In this document: positions 43,419-54,240 of the stretch, piece after piece
How the letters are laid out: each line of letters opens with the position of its first letter
Position numbering within the stretch: the first letter of the stretch is position 1
From: an uncultured Solirubrobacterales bacterium
Lineage (GTDB): Bacteria > Actinomycetota > Thermoleophilia > Solirubrobacterales > Solirubrobacteraceae
Direction of reading: 5' to 3'
NCBI GenBank assembly: GCA_963729925.1
Contig: CAVSPS010000004.1
Location: 230,859 to 294,858, forward strand
Length of the DNA: 64,000 nt
Notes under the pieces: model-generated
The model's database searches: none
What the model was told of the DNA's origin: nothing
Seen by the model: the letters and a program-made list of their open reading frames with translations, nothing else
Translations under genes and position numbers: made by a program

Positions 43419-44840
43419 GTGAGGACGCCGAGCCTGCCAATGCCCAGCCCGCCTGAAGGCCTCGCGGCACGCCTGCTCGAACTCGGTGAGCAATTGCGCG
43501 AGGAGGGCGTCGCCGTCGGGACGTCGGAGCTGCTCGACGCATTCGCCGTGCTGCGCGAGATCCCGTGGACCTCGCAGGGGGACTTCCGCGAGGCATTGGC
43601 CGCCACCTTGGCCAAGAGTCAGGAGGATCGACGTACGTTCGAGCTGGTATTCGACCGCTTCTTCTTCCGGGCCGTCGAGATCGCGTCGGTGCGCCAGGGG
43701 ATCGAGGAAGGCGACGGGACGCAGTCAGACCTGGCCGGCCTCTCCGAGGGTGACCTCGACGCGTTGCGCCGCCAGATAGCGACCGCTTTGCTGGCCGCCA
43801 GAGGCGGCGGCGCCGAGGGCGCCATGCGCGACCTTGCGCGCATGGCGATCGCCGCGTTCGGCCAGGCGGAGCAGGGCTCGGGGGTGATCGGCGTCGATGT
43901 GCAGCGCATCCGCCGCGCGCTCGGCCTGCGCGCCGAGCCCCAGCCCGAACTGCCCGCCGACGATCCGCGCTCAGGCGGCGTCCCGCGCGAGGCGCTGCGA
44001 CGCTTCGAGGCGCTCATGCGCCGTGAGCTCGAACGCTCGCAGGTGCAGCGCTCCGGGCGCCTGCCCCCCGCGCGCCCGCTCGGCGAGCTCGACCGCGCGC
44101 TGCCTTCCGGCCCGCTGGCGGACCTCGCGGCCGTGCACCGCGTGGTGGCGCAGCTGCGCAGGCGCCTCGCCACGCAGGGCAAGCAGGCGCGCGGGCACCG
44201 CCGCCACGCTCACGTGGACGTGCGCCGCACGATGCGCGCCTCGCTGCAAACCGGAGGTGTGCCCGTGGAGCTGCGCTACCGCCCGCGGCGTCCCCGCCGC
44301 CCGGAGATCTACGTGCTGTGCGACGTCTCCACGAGCGTCACCTCCGCGTCGGTGTTCTTCCTCTCGGTGCTCCACGCCCTGCACGACTCGTTTCGCAAGA
44401 TGCGCTCGTTCGTATTCATCGAGCGCATATCGGAGGTCACCGACGTGTTCGAGCACGAGCGCGACTTCCGCGCCGTGTCGGAGCGCATCTCCAGCGACGC
44501 GGGCGTGGCGGACATCTCCGGCTACACCGACTACGGACGTGTGTGGTCGGAGCTGCTGGAGCTCATCCAGGACGACCTTCACCCGCGCGCCACCGTGATC
44601 GTGCTCGGCGACGCCCGCACCAACGGGCGCGATCCCCGCGCTGAGCTCTTCGGTCAGGTTGCCTCGCGCGCGGGGCGCACCTTCTGGCTGAACCCCGAGC
44701 CGCGCCTCTACTGGAACTACGGCGACTCGGTGATCGCCGCCTACGAGCAATACTGCACCGCCTTCGAGTGCTGGACCACCGCCCAGCTCGAGGACTTCGT
44801 AAAGGCGCTCACCCGGCCGGTCATCGCCGCCTCGCGCTAG
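43419..44840 (+). CDS. VWA-domain protein (CoxE-like)
   Basis: LREEGVAVG, DVRRTMRASL..GG, CDVSTSV, GYTDYG, LGDARTN, WLNPEP. Confidence 0.9.
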   Translation: MRTPSLPMPSPPEGLAARLLELGEQLREEGVAVGTSELLDAFAVLREIPWTSQGDFREALAATLAKSQEDRRTFELVFDRFFFRAVEIASVRQGIEEGDGTQSDLAGLSEGDLDALRRQIATALLAARGGGAEGAMRDLARMAIAAFGQAEQGSGVIGVDVQRIRRALGLRAEPQPELPADDPRSGGVPREALRRFEALMRRELERSQVQRSGRLPPARPLGELDRALPSGPLADLAAVHRVVAQLRRRLATQGKQARGHRRHAHVDVRRTMRASLQTGGVPVELRYRPRRPRRPEIYVLCDVSTSVTSASVFFLSVLHALHDSFRKMRSFVFIERISEVTDVFEHERDFRAVSERISSDAGVADISGYTDYGRVWSELLELIQDDLHPRATVIVLGDARTNGRDPRAELFGQVASRAGRTFWLNPEPRLYWNYGDSVIAAYEQYCTAFECWTTAQLEDFVKALTRPVIAASR

Positions 44841-44858
44841 CATCAGCCTCAGAGCAAA

Positions 44859-44963
44859 ACAGGGGAGCTGGCGGAGGCCGGCTGAGATGGCGTTCGATTG
44901 GGGTCCCACAACCCACCCAATGCCGACCCTTCGAACCTGTGGGGTAATGCCCGCGGAGGGAGC
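44859..44963 (+). ncRNA. TPP riboswitch
   Basis: AGGGGAGC...GCTGAGA...GACCCTTCGAACCTG...GGTAATGCCCGCGGAGGGA upstream of a ThiXYZ-like operon. Confidence 0.88.
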
Positions 44964-44966
44964 GCA

Positions 44967-45833
44967 GTGCCAACCCAACTGAAGTCCCGGGAGCGCCAGG
45001 CGCACCAAGCCGGCGACGCAGGCGACGGGGTCAGCCTCAGAGAAGTCAGCCGCGCTTATTGCGACCGTCGCGGCGCGAAGGTGGAGGCGCTCGCCGGCGT
45101 GTCGTTGCGTGCGTCGCGCGGGTCCGTGCTCGCGGTGGTGGGGCCGAGCGGCTGCGGCAAGACGACGCTGCTCGAGCTGATCTGCGGCCTGCAGGCGCCC
45201 GACGCGGGCACGATCGAAAGCGAGCCGGCCGTGCTGATGCCCCAGCGCGACCTGTTGCTGCCGTGGCTGAGCGCGGTCGACAACGCCGCGTTGGCATTGC
45301 GCATAGCGGGTGACTCGCGCGCGCGCGCACGAGGGCGGGCGGGCATCCTATTCTCGGAGCTTGGTCTGCACGGCTTCGAGCGCGCCCGCCCGCACGAGCT
45401 CTCCGGCGGTATGCGCCAGCGCGTGGCGTTCCTGCGCACGCTGCTCTCGGGCAAGCCGGTGCTGTGCCTGGACGAGCCCCTCAGCGCGCTCGACGCGATC
45501 ACCCGTCAGGAGATGCAGGAGTGGCTGACCGGGGCGCTCCTGCGCGAGCCGCGCACCGTGGTGCTCGTCACCCACGACGTCGAGGAGGCCATCGTGCTCG
45601 CCGACCGCGTAGCGGTGCTCTCTCCGCGCCCGGGGCGGGTGGTAGCCGAGCTGATGGTCGAGCTCCCAAGACCCCGCAAACGCACCGATACCGAGGTGAT
45701 CGCTTTGCGGGAGCAGGCGCTCCACGCGCTCGACCTGGGGGCGGGCGGAGGCGACCGACTCGACTGGGCGGGGCGGCGGGCGATGAGCCCCACCTGCAGC
45801 ACCTCGCACGCGCGCGAGAGGGTCCCGCGATGA
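44967..45833 (+). CDS. ABC transporter ATP-binding protein (NitT/TauT family, ThiZ-like)
   Basis: GPSGCGKT, LSGGMRQR, LDEP, VTHD. Confidence 0.92.
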   Translation: MPTQLKSRERQAHQAGDAGDGVSLREVSRAYCDRRGAKVEALAGVSLRASRGSVLAVVGPSGCGKTTLLELICGLQAPDAGTIESEPAVLMPQRDLLLPWLSAVDNAALALRIAGDSRARARGRAGILFSELGLHGFERARPHELSGGMRQRVAFLRTLLSGKPVLCLDEPLSALDAITRQEMQEWLTGALLREPRTVVLVTHDVEEAIVLADRVAVLSPRPGRVVAELMVELPRPRKRTDTEVIALREQALHALDLGAGGGDRLDWAGRRAMSPTCSTSHARERVPR

Positions 45834-45876
45834 GCCCCACCGACGCACCTCGCGCGCGGGCGAGGGGGGGCCGGCG

Positions 45877-46659
45877 ATGAGGCGCCGCGTTCTGCACTTC
45901 CTCCCCGCCGCGCTGCTCGCAATGGCGCTGCTCGGCGCGTGGGAGGCGTACGTGGACCTCGGCTCGGTCAGCCCGATCGTGCTGCCCGCCCCCCACGAAG
46001 TGGCCACGGAAGCATGGAACAACGCGGGGCTGCTGGCGGCCAACCTCGAACTGACCGCGCAAGAGGTGGGCCTCGGGGTGCTGCTCGCGCTACTGCTCGG
46101 CTTCGTGCTCGGTGTGCTGATCCATCTCTCGCCGAGCCTACGCCGCGCGGTCTACCCGCTCGCGGTCGGCTCCCAGGCGGTGCCGGTCGCGCTGATCGGC
46201 GTGCTGCTCGTGTTCTGGTGGGGCTTCGGGGTGCTGCCGAAGCTGTTCGTGATCGTGCTGATCTGCTTCTTCCCGGTGGTGGTGACCACCGTCGACGGGC
46301 TCGCGTCCGTGGACCCCGACCAGCTCAAGCTGCTGCGCACGCTCGGCGCCTCGCGCCGGCAGGCGCTGCGCTTCGGCGAGCTGCCGGCGGCCGTGCCGGC
46401 GGCGCTGAGCGGGGCGCGCATCGCGCTCGCCGTGGGCGTGATCGGGGCGTACATCGCCGAGACCTCGACCGCCACCTCGGGACCCTACGCGGGGCTCGGC
46501 CATCAGATCGTCGCCGACATCAACGCGCTGCAGACGCCGCGCGCCTACGCGGCGGCGACGGTGCTGTTCCTGTTCGCGATCGCCTGCTTCTACACCCTCG
46601 CCCTCGCCGAGCGCCTGCTCGCGCCGTGGGCGCAAAAGCCAAGAGGAGAGATCCGTTGA
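45877..46659 (+). CDS. ABC transporter permease (ThiX-like)
   Basis: LPAP, YPLAVGSQAVP, LRTLGASRRQ EAA-like loop. Confidence 0.9.
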   Translation: MRRRVLHFLPAALLAMALLGAWEAYVDLGSVSPIVLPAPHEVATEAWNNAGLLAANLELTAQEVGLGVLLALLLGFVLGVLIHLSPSLRRAVYPLAVGSQAVPVALIGVLLVFWWGFGVLPKLFVIVLICFFPVVVTTVDGLASVDPDQLKLLRTLGASRRQALRFGELPAAVPAALSGARIALAVGVIGAYIAETSTATSGPYAGLGHQIVADINALQTPRAYAAATVLFLFAIACFYTLALAERLLAPWAQKPRGEIR

Positions 46660-47816
46660 GAGCACCATCCACCGCCCGCCGCGCCCTCCGCCGCGCCATC
46701 TCTCGTGCCATTCCCAGTGCCATCCCTCGTGCCGGCTGTCCACCCCTCGCCCATGCCGGTCGTCGCGCCGTCCGTCGCCCTCTCGCCCGTGCCGGCCGCC
46801 GCGCCGTCCTGCCCGTGCTCACTGCCTGCGCGATCGCCCTCGCCCTCGCCCTGGCGGCATGCGGCTCCAAGCAGGACACGCTGTCGGCGCCCGCGACGAA
46901 GCCGTTCACGGTGATGCTCGACTTCTTCCCGAACGCCGACCATGCGGCGCTCTACACGGCGATCGCGAAGGGCGACTTCAAGGCGGTGGGTCTCGACGTG
47001 CGGCCGCAGACGCCCTCGGACCCCTCCACCCCGCTGAAGCTTCTCGCGGCGGGGAAGGTGGACATGGCGATCTCCTATGAGCCAGAGCTGCTGCTCGCCC
47101 GCGACCAAGGGTTGAAGCTCGTGTCGATCGGCGCACTCGTGCAGCGCCCGCTCACCTCGATCATCGCTCTGCCGGGAGCGCATGTTCGAAAGGTCGCCGA
47201 CCTTGCCGGCAAGCGCGTGGGCACCGCCGGGATCGGCTACCAGGCGGCGGAGCTGCGCACCGCCCTGCAGGCGGCCGGCGTCAACCCGAGCACGGTCCAG
47301 GAAGCCAACGTCGGCTTCAACCTCGTGCCGGCGATGCTCTCCGGCAAGGTGGCCGCCACGCTCGGCGGCTTCTGGAACTACGAGGCGATCCAGCTGGAGG
47401 AGATGCGCAAGCGCCCCGTCGTGATCCCCGTCGATCGCGCGGGCGTGCCCACCTATGACGAGCTTGTGCTGGTTGTGCGCGAAAACGAGGCCGGCACACG
47501 CGGGCAGGATCTGCGCGCTTTCCTGCAGGCGCTCACACACGGCGAGCGGCAGGCGCGCGAAGACCCCGCCGCGGCCGCTTCGCTGATCGTCAAGGCCAAC
47601 CCGAGTGCCGAGGGCAAGCTGCAGCTCGCCTCGATCGAAAAGACGCTCCCCGCAACGCTTCCCACCGACCGCTCGAAGCCCTACGGATGGCAGGATCCAG
47701 CCGCCTGGGCGGCGTTCGGGCGCTGGATGGTCTCACACGGGCTGGTTCGCTCAAACCCGAACAGCGCCGCCCTGCCGCCGTTCACGAACGAGTTCCTGCC
47801 GGGCCAAGGGATATAG
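46656..47816 (+). CDS. ABC substrate-binding lipoprotein, NMT1/THI5 (ThiY-like)
   Basis: LAAC lipobox, LDFFPNADH, ISYEP; TTGA overlap with permease; repetitive N-terminal extension. Confidence 0.88.
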   Translation: MRAPSTARRALRRAISRAIPSAIPRAGCPPLAHAGRRAVRRPLARAGRRAVLPVLTACAIALALALAACGSKQDTLSAPATKPFTVMLDFFPNADHAALYTAIAKGDFKAVGLDVRPQTPSDPSTPLKLLAAGKVDMAISYEPELLLARDQGLKLVSIGALVQRPLTSIIALPGAHVRKVADLAGKRVGTAGIGYQAAELRTALQAAGVNPSTVQEANVGFNLVPAMLSGKVAATLGGFWNYEAIQLEEMRKRPVVIPVDRAGVPTYDELVLVVRENEAGTRGQDLRAFLQALTHGERQAREDPAAAASLIVKANPSAEGKLQLASIEKTLPATLPTDRSKPYGWQDPAAWAAFGRWMVSHGLVRSNPNSAALPPFTNEFLPGQGI

Positions 47817-48030
47817 GGAGCCACAACGTTCACTCATCGGCCCTGCTGCGATGCGCGCAACCACGTGAGGAGTAGGCCGGAACATATGCACCTATGGGCG
47901 GCTCTTCCTCGGGCTGAGTGCAGAGGAGACCGCCTGAGGGCCTGAAGCCCTGCATCCGTACCGGTCCGCGTGAACACCCGTACTTTCCCGCGAGCAGGCC
48001 TCCGCCCCGCACGGTAGCGTGCGACACGTG

Positions 48031-48714
48031 ATGCAACAGGGTCAGCAGACCGAGAGTCCGGGGGACGCGACGGAGTCCGCGCAGGACACCATCCGCATCG
48101 TGCTCGCCGACGACCATGCCGTGGTGCGCAGCGGGCTGAAGATGCTGCTCGAGAGCGAGAGCGACTTCGAGGTGGTGGCCGAGGCGGGCGACGTCGAAAG
48201 CGCCCAGCGCTACGTGCGCGGGCACCGTCCGACGGTGCTCGTGCTCGACCTGAACATGCCCGGGGGGTCGAGCCTGGAGGCGATCCCGACGATTCGCGAG
48301 CGCAACCCCGAGACCCAGATCGTGGTGCTCACCATGCAACAGGAGCCCGCCTTCGCGCGCCACGCGCTGAGCGCCGGCGCGATCGGGTATGTGCTCAAGG
48401 AGGCTGCCGACGACGAGCTCGTCGAGGCGGTGCGCAGGGCCGCGCGCGGCGAGAGCTACCTCAATCCGCGCCTCGGCGCGCGGCTCGCCTCAGAGCCCGC
48501 CCCCGGTCCACCCGACGACCTGAGCGAGCGCGAGGTCGACGTGCTGCGGCTCATCGCCCTCGGCCACACCAACGCCGAGATCGCCGAGCGGCTCTACCTG
48601 TCGGTGCGCACGGTGGAGACCCACCGCGCCCACATCCAGCAGAAGCTCAGCCTCTCCTCGCGAGCCGAGCTCGTAGCTTACGCGCTCAAGCGCGGCCTCA
48701 TCAAAGGCTCGTAG
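48031..48714 (+). CDS. NarL/LuxR family response regulator (no adjacent kinase)
   Basis: LADDHAVVR, LDLNMP, LSERE...LYLSVRTVETH. Confidence 0.93.
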   Translation: MQQGQQTESPGDATESAQDTIRIVLADDHAVVRSGLKMLLESESDFEVVAEAGDVESAQRYVRGHRPTVLVLDLNMPGGSSLEAIPTIRERNPETQIVVLTMQQEPAFARHALSAGAIGYVLKEAADDELVEAVRRAARGESYLNPRLGARLASEPAPGPPDDLSEREVDVLRLIALGHTNAEIAERLYLSVRTVETHRAHIQQKLSLSSRAELVAYALKRGLIKGS

Positions 48715-48716
48715 GA

Positions 48717-48744
48717 GCCTGCCCCCGCGCGAGCGGGGGCAGGC
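48717..48744. terminator. GC hairpin between convergent genes
   Basis: GCCTGCCCCCGC-GCGA-GCGGGGGCAGGC, 12-bp perfect stem. Confidence 0.65.
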
Positions 48745-48799
48745 GCTCGAGCAGGCAATCCCCCGCGCGAGGAACCGTTTTTTCGGACGTCTGGGGTCG

Positions 48800-49809
<1,010 letters not shown>

Positions 49810-49822
<13 letters not shown>

Positions 49823-49851
49823 GAGGGCGCGATCACGAGGGCGCGATCACG
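49810..49851. repeat. 14-bp tandem repeat x3 at the usp/HDAC junction
   Basis: (AGGGCGCGATCACG)3; minus-strand unit GTGATCGCGCCCTC. Confidence 0.85.
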
Positions 49852-50278
49852 CCGTTGCGACGCTCGCCGTCCGCGGCACCACCACGACCGGCACCGGCGA
49901 GCGCTTGAGCAGCTCGACGGTGACGGTGCCGATGGCCGTGTGCAGCCGTGAATGACGCTCCGAGCCGACGACGATCGCCTCCGCGTGGTGGCGCACGGCG
50001 GCGTCGCACACGGCCGACACAGGGTCACGGTCGACCACCTCGACCGCGACGTCCACGTCGAACATCGAGTCTTGGCCCTCGAGCATGAGCTCGTCCACGA
50101 GCGCGCGTCCCAAGCGGTGGCGCTCCTCGGCGCTCGACGCGACGGGCGGCGCGTGCAGGGGACGGCACGAATGCACGATCACGAGCTTGCCGTCGGGAAG
50201 TAGCTGCTCGACGGCCCACTCGGCGGCCAGTCGAGCGCTGTCGGTCCGATCGTAGCCCAGCACCAGACAGGTTGACAT
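49847..50278 (-). CDS. Universal stress protein
   Basis: LVLGYDRTDSA, IVVGS, IGTVTVELLKRSPVPVVVVP. Confidence 0.88.
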   Translation of the reverse strand: MSTCLVLGYDRTDSARLAAEWAVEQLLPDGKLVIVHSCRPLHAPPVASSAEERHRLGRALVDELMLEGQDSMFDVDVAVEVVDRDPVSAVCDAAVRHHAEAIVVGSERHSRLHTAIGTVTVELLKRSPVPVVVVPRTASVATA

Positions 50279-50706
50279 ACGTTGCAGGCTACGTCCGGTT
50301 CATGTTCGCGGCAGCCGAGTAAAACCGACGCCATCCGGGGATAACTACGTGCGAGCAGCTCCACCCGAACGCTGTGGGAAATCCCCGAGCCGAGCACGTG
50401 GTGCGTGCGGATGGACGGGGCGGCCGCGACCGGGAGCATCCTTGACGGACGAAATCCCAGAGAGGAACGCCAGCCGTGTTCACCACCGGCCTCTCGAAGG
50501 CCGCAAACTGCCCCGAACGCGCCGTCGCGGTCTCAGCACCGCCCCCCGACCCGAGGGCGGTGGAGACGGCGCATCATCCACCGGGACAGGTCGACGTCCA
50601 GCACTCCCTACCTGGACGCCATGGAGACGGTCGCGCGCGGAGCCGAAGGAGGGTTCCGCGCGCGATCCCTCCCGCCGCGGGCCCTAAACGACCTCGCCCC
50701 ATGATT

Positions 50707-52257
50707 TCAGTGGGCGGGCACGGCGCCGCGCGCCGGTAGACGACCTCGCCCATCGACGCCGGCGCCCGCGGGGCGGAAGCCGGGGAGCTCTAGCACTATG
50801 CGGGCGCCCCCGTCCTGCCCCGCCGTGGCAGCCACCCGCCCGCCGTGGGCCTCGGCGATCGCCCGCACGATCGCGAGCCCCAAGCCCGTCCCGCCGGACG
50901 CCCGATCCCGCGCGGCGTCGGTGCGGTGGAAGCGGTCGAACACCCGCTCGCGCTGATCGGGGTCGATGCCGGGGCCGTCGTCTTCGACCGCGAACCGGAT
51001 CCAGCTCCCGCGGTGGGCATCGACGCGCAGGCGAACGAGCCCCTCGCCGCTCGCGGTGTGCTCGATCGCGTTGCCGATCATGTTGCGCAGCGCCTGCGCC
51101 ACCCGATCGGGGTCGGCCTGCAGCACCCCCGCCGGCACCGACCCGAGCTCGAAGCGGCGGGTGGCGAGCAGGCTCATCCCATCCCACAGCCCGCGCACGT
51201 ACTCGGGCAGGTCGATCTCCTGCACCCGCAGGAACTCGGTCTGCTCGGCCTTCGCCAGCAGCAGCAGGTCGTCCACGAGCCGGATGATGCGAGCGATCTC
51301 GGCCTGCACCAGCACCTCCACCCGCCGCACCTCCTGCTCGGATGGCATGGCCTGCGCGGCGAGAACCTCCAGCTGGCCGCGGATCACCGTCAAGGGTGTG
51401 CGCAGCTCGTGCGATGCGTCGGCCACGAATGCGCGCTGCCCGGCGAACGCCTCGGTGAGGCGGTCGAGCATGTGGTTGAAGGCGTCGGCCAGCACCTGCA
51501 GCTCGCCGGCCTCGCGCGAGAGGTCGTGGATGCGTGGATGCAGATCGCCCGCGTCGACCCTCGCCGCAACAGCCGCCATCCGGCGCAGCGGTCGCGAAAT
51601 GCGGGCACCTACCAGATACGCCGCCACGAGCGCCCCCGCGAGCGCGAGGATGCCCGCCAGAATGAAGGCGCGCGCGACGCTCCCCTGCGCGTGCGCCACC
51701 GCCGCGAGCGGCTCGCCCGCGCCGACGGTCACGCGCGGGCCGCCGGGTATCGTGAATGTGCGCTCCACCAACCGCAGGTCGCCCACGTCCGGCAGGGCGA
51801 GCGTGGAGTAGCCGTCCTTGACTCTCAACAGCCTCGCCGACAACCGGTTCTCGCGAGCCTGCTCGACGGCCGTCTCGCCGTTGTCGACCCGCGCGCGGGC
51901 GAAGAGCTCCGGACGATTGGCGCTCGTGTGGGCGCCCGCCACGATCGCGAACAGCAACGTCGAGCTCGCGCTGAAGGGCTGACCGCGTATGTAGCGGGTG
52001 GCACGGTCGGCCACCTGCGCGGGTCGGCGATCGTCGGAGGAGACCAGCGCCTGGGCGAGCTCGCTCGCGTCGCCGGAGATCTCCCTGTCTATCTGATGGC
52101 GCAGTTCGCTGCCGGTGCCCCGATACACCACGACGAACGTGATGGCGGAGGAGACGAGCACGATAAGCGCCACCCACGCTGCCAGGCGCCAGCGCAGCCC
52201 GCCCGGAACCAAGCGCCCGGCCGCCAAGCGCTTGGCCCCCAGGCGCCTAGCCACCAT
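50707..52257 (-). CDS. HAMP-domain sensor histidine kinase
   Basis: Two TM helices, DASHELRTPLT, VEDDGPG, GGTGLGL. Confidence 0.93.
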   Translation of the reverse strand: MVARRLGAKRLAAGRLVPGGLRWRLAAWVALIVLVSSAITFVVVYRGTGSELRHQIDREISGDASELAQALVSSDDRRPAQVADRATRYIRGQPFSASSTLLFAIVAGAHTSANRPELFARARVDNGETAVEQARENRLSARLLRVKDGYSTLALPDVGDLRLVERTFTIPGGPRVTVGAGEPLAAVAHAQGSVARAFILAGILALAGALVAAYLVGARISRPLRRMAAVAARVDAGDLHPRIHDLSREAGELQVLADAFNHMLDRLTEAFAGQRAFVADASHELRTPLTVIRGQLEVLAAQAMPSEQEVRRVEVLVQAEIARIIRLVDDLLLLAKAEQTEFLRVQEIDLPEYVRGLWDGMSLLATRRFELGSVPAGVLQADPDRVAQALRNMIGNAIEHTASGEGLVRLRVDAHRGSWIRFAVEDDGPGIDPDQRERVFDRFHRTDAARDRASGGTGLGLAIVRAIAEAHGGRVAATAGQDGGARIVLELPGFRPAGAGVDGRGRLPARGAVPAH

Positions 52258-52964
52258 CGCCGAGTCGGTAGCCGACCCTGCGCACGGTGAAGATCGGAGC
52301 CGGGCTGCCGGGAAGCCCGAGCTTGCGGCGCAGATAGCCGATGTACACATCCACGACGTTCGTGGCGGGATCGTGCTGGTAGCCCCACACGGTGCTCAGG
52401 ATCTGCTCGCGCGAGAGCACCTCGCCTCTGTGACGCATCAGGTACACAAGCAGCTCGAACTCGGTGGTGGACAGCGCCACCGACTCGCCCGCGCGGCGCA
52501 CCTTGCGTGTCAACAGGTTCACCTCTATGTCGGCGCTCTGGAGCGTGGTGGTGGAGGTTTGGGCCGCCACGCGCAGTTGCGCACGCACGCGCGCGAGCAG
52601 CTCGGCGAGCGAGAAGGGCTTCACCAGATAGTCCACGGCGCCCGCGTCCAGACCCGCGACGCGATCCTCGATCTCACCGCGCGCGGTGAGCACGATCACC
52701 GGCAGGTCGGGCTTGACCTCACGCAGCTTGGCGAGCACCTCCATGCCGCCGACTCCCGGGAGCATCAGGTCGAGCACCACCATGTCGAAGCTCTCGCGCA
52801 ATGCCCGTCCGCTCGCCCTCGACGCCGTCGAGCGCCGCCTCGACGAGGAATCCCTCCGCCTGCAGACCACGCTTGAGGAAGTCGACGATGCCCGGCTCGT
52901 CCTCCACCAGGAGGATCGACGGCGCGAGCGCCGGGTCTGCGACCGGCTCGGCCAGATCGGACAT
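52247..52964 (-). CDS. OmpR family response regulator, +1 frameshift near 52808
   Basis: ILLVEDEPGI in one frame; LDLMLPG, KPF, NVVDVYIGYLRRK, TVRRVGY in the next. Confidence 0.9.
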
Positions 52965-53052
52965 CCACCCAGGATAGTTGGCGCGCGTTTCGATGACTTT
53001 TCTCATCGTTCTGTTACCGAACGCTTAGTAACGGAGCACACACTTTCCCGCA

Positions 53053-53776
53053 ATGACCGCCCACCAGCAAGCGCCCGTGCGGCGCGGCGCCGGACGCCGC
53101 TTCACGGCGCTCCCGCACAGCGAGGCGGAGCTCGCCGGCGCGGCCGCAGCGGGCAACACCACTTCCCGCCGCCTCATCGGCGGGGGAACCCACGGCAACG
53201 AGCGCCTCACGGGAGCCACCGGAGTCCTGCTGGTGGCGCTGCTCGCCGCGCTCGGCGTGACGATCCTGCGGATCGGACCGCTGATCTCCGAGCACCTGTT
53301 CATCGGGTTGATGCTGATCGGACCGATCGCGCTGAAGCTGGCGAGCACGGGGTACAGGTTCATGCGCTACTACACATCCGATCCGGTGTATCGCGAAAGG
53401 GGCGCGCCGGCGACCGCGATGCGCCTGATCGCCCCGATCGTGGTTGCCTCGAGCGTCGCGGTGCTTGCAACCGGCGTTGCACTCCTATTTGTGGGTCCCA
53501 ACTCCGCCGGGCACCCTGCGAGGCCTGCACAAGGCCAGCTTCATCGTGTGGATCGCGTTCATCGCAATCCACGTGCTCGGTCATCTGCCCGACATACAAA
53601 AGACTTTTCTCATCGAGCGTGGCGGCCGTGTGGAGTACAACGATCTTGCGGCCGGACGAACCGGACGGATCATCTCACTCGCCGGTGCGCTCGTCGCCGG
53701 CGCGGTCTTGGCGATCGTGCTCATCCCGCACTTCGGCGCCTGGTTGCACTTCGAGGCTTTTCACCATCACCACTAG
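53053..53776 (+). CDS. Polytopic membrane protein with TM histidines (cytochrome b-like), +1 frameshift near 53510
   Basis: GNERLT, HLFIGL, KLASTGYRFMRYY, then LHKASFIVWIAFIAIHVLGH in the shifted frame. Confidence 0.72.
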
Positions 53777-53778
53777 CG

Positions 53779-54240
53779 ATGCCAAGTAGACCGACAAACG
53801 CCCGAGACGCTGCCCTGCGACGACTGAGCCGCGCCAACCGCTGGCTGGTGGCGGGGTCCGTTGCGCTGACCGGCGTGTTCGCGGAGGTCGCCGCCAGCGC
53901 GTTTCCCGGCAAAACCATCAAAGCCACGGGCGCCACCGGCTCGCGATCTCACGCCGGATCCGGCCAACGCTCCAGCGGATCCTCCGGCTCTTCCAGCCAG
54001 CTCCAACCACCCGCGCAGGCGCCGCAGTCGAGCACTACGCCGGAAGTGTCGCCCTCACAGGAATCGGCCCCCTCACAGGAATCGGCGCCCTCCCAGGAAT
54101 CCGCTCCGACCCAGGAATCCGTGCCCTCCCAGGAATCCGCTCCCTCGCAGGAATCGGCGCCGGCCCAGGAATCCGTGCCGACACAGGAAGCGCCTCCCGT
54201 GCAGGAATCGGCCCCCCCGGTCATCTCCGGTGGCTCGTGA
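53779..54240 (+). CDS. Membrane-anchored low-complexity protein with (PSQESA)n repeat ending VISGGS
   Basis: ATG after the upstream stop; RR plus hydrophobic helix; about eight 18-bp repeats; GTGA overlap with apbE. Confidence 0.72.
   Translation: MPSRPTNARDAALRRLSRANRWLVAGSVALTGVFAEVAASAFPGKTIKATGATGSRSHAGSGQRSSGSSGSSSQLQPPAQAPQSSTTPEVSPSQESAPSQESAPSQESAPTQESVPSQESAPSQESAPAQESVPTQEAPPVQESAPPVISGGS

Noticed and set aside
42498..44840. CoxD/CoxE pair as evidence of CO dehydrogenase
   Set aside because: No coxLMS in the window; stand-alone MoxR/VWA pairs are common.
47895..47955. Hairpins and AGGGC-N5-GCCCT upstream of the NarL regulator as riboswitch or DosR box
   Set aside because: No riboswitch consensus recognised; spacing does not fit the DosR GGG-N8-CCC pattern.
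54050..54215. 18-bp repeat array as a possible CRISPR
   Set aside because: No unique spacers and no cas genes; it is an in-frame PSQESA coding repeat.
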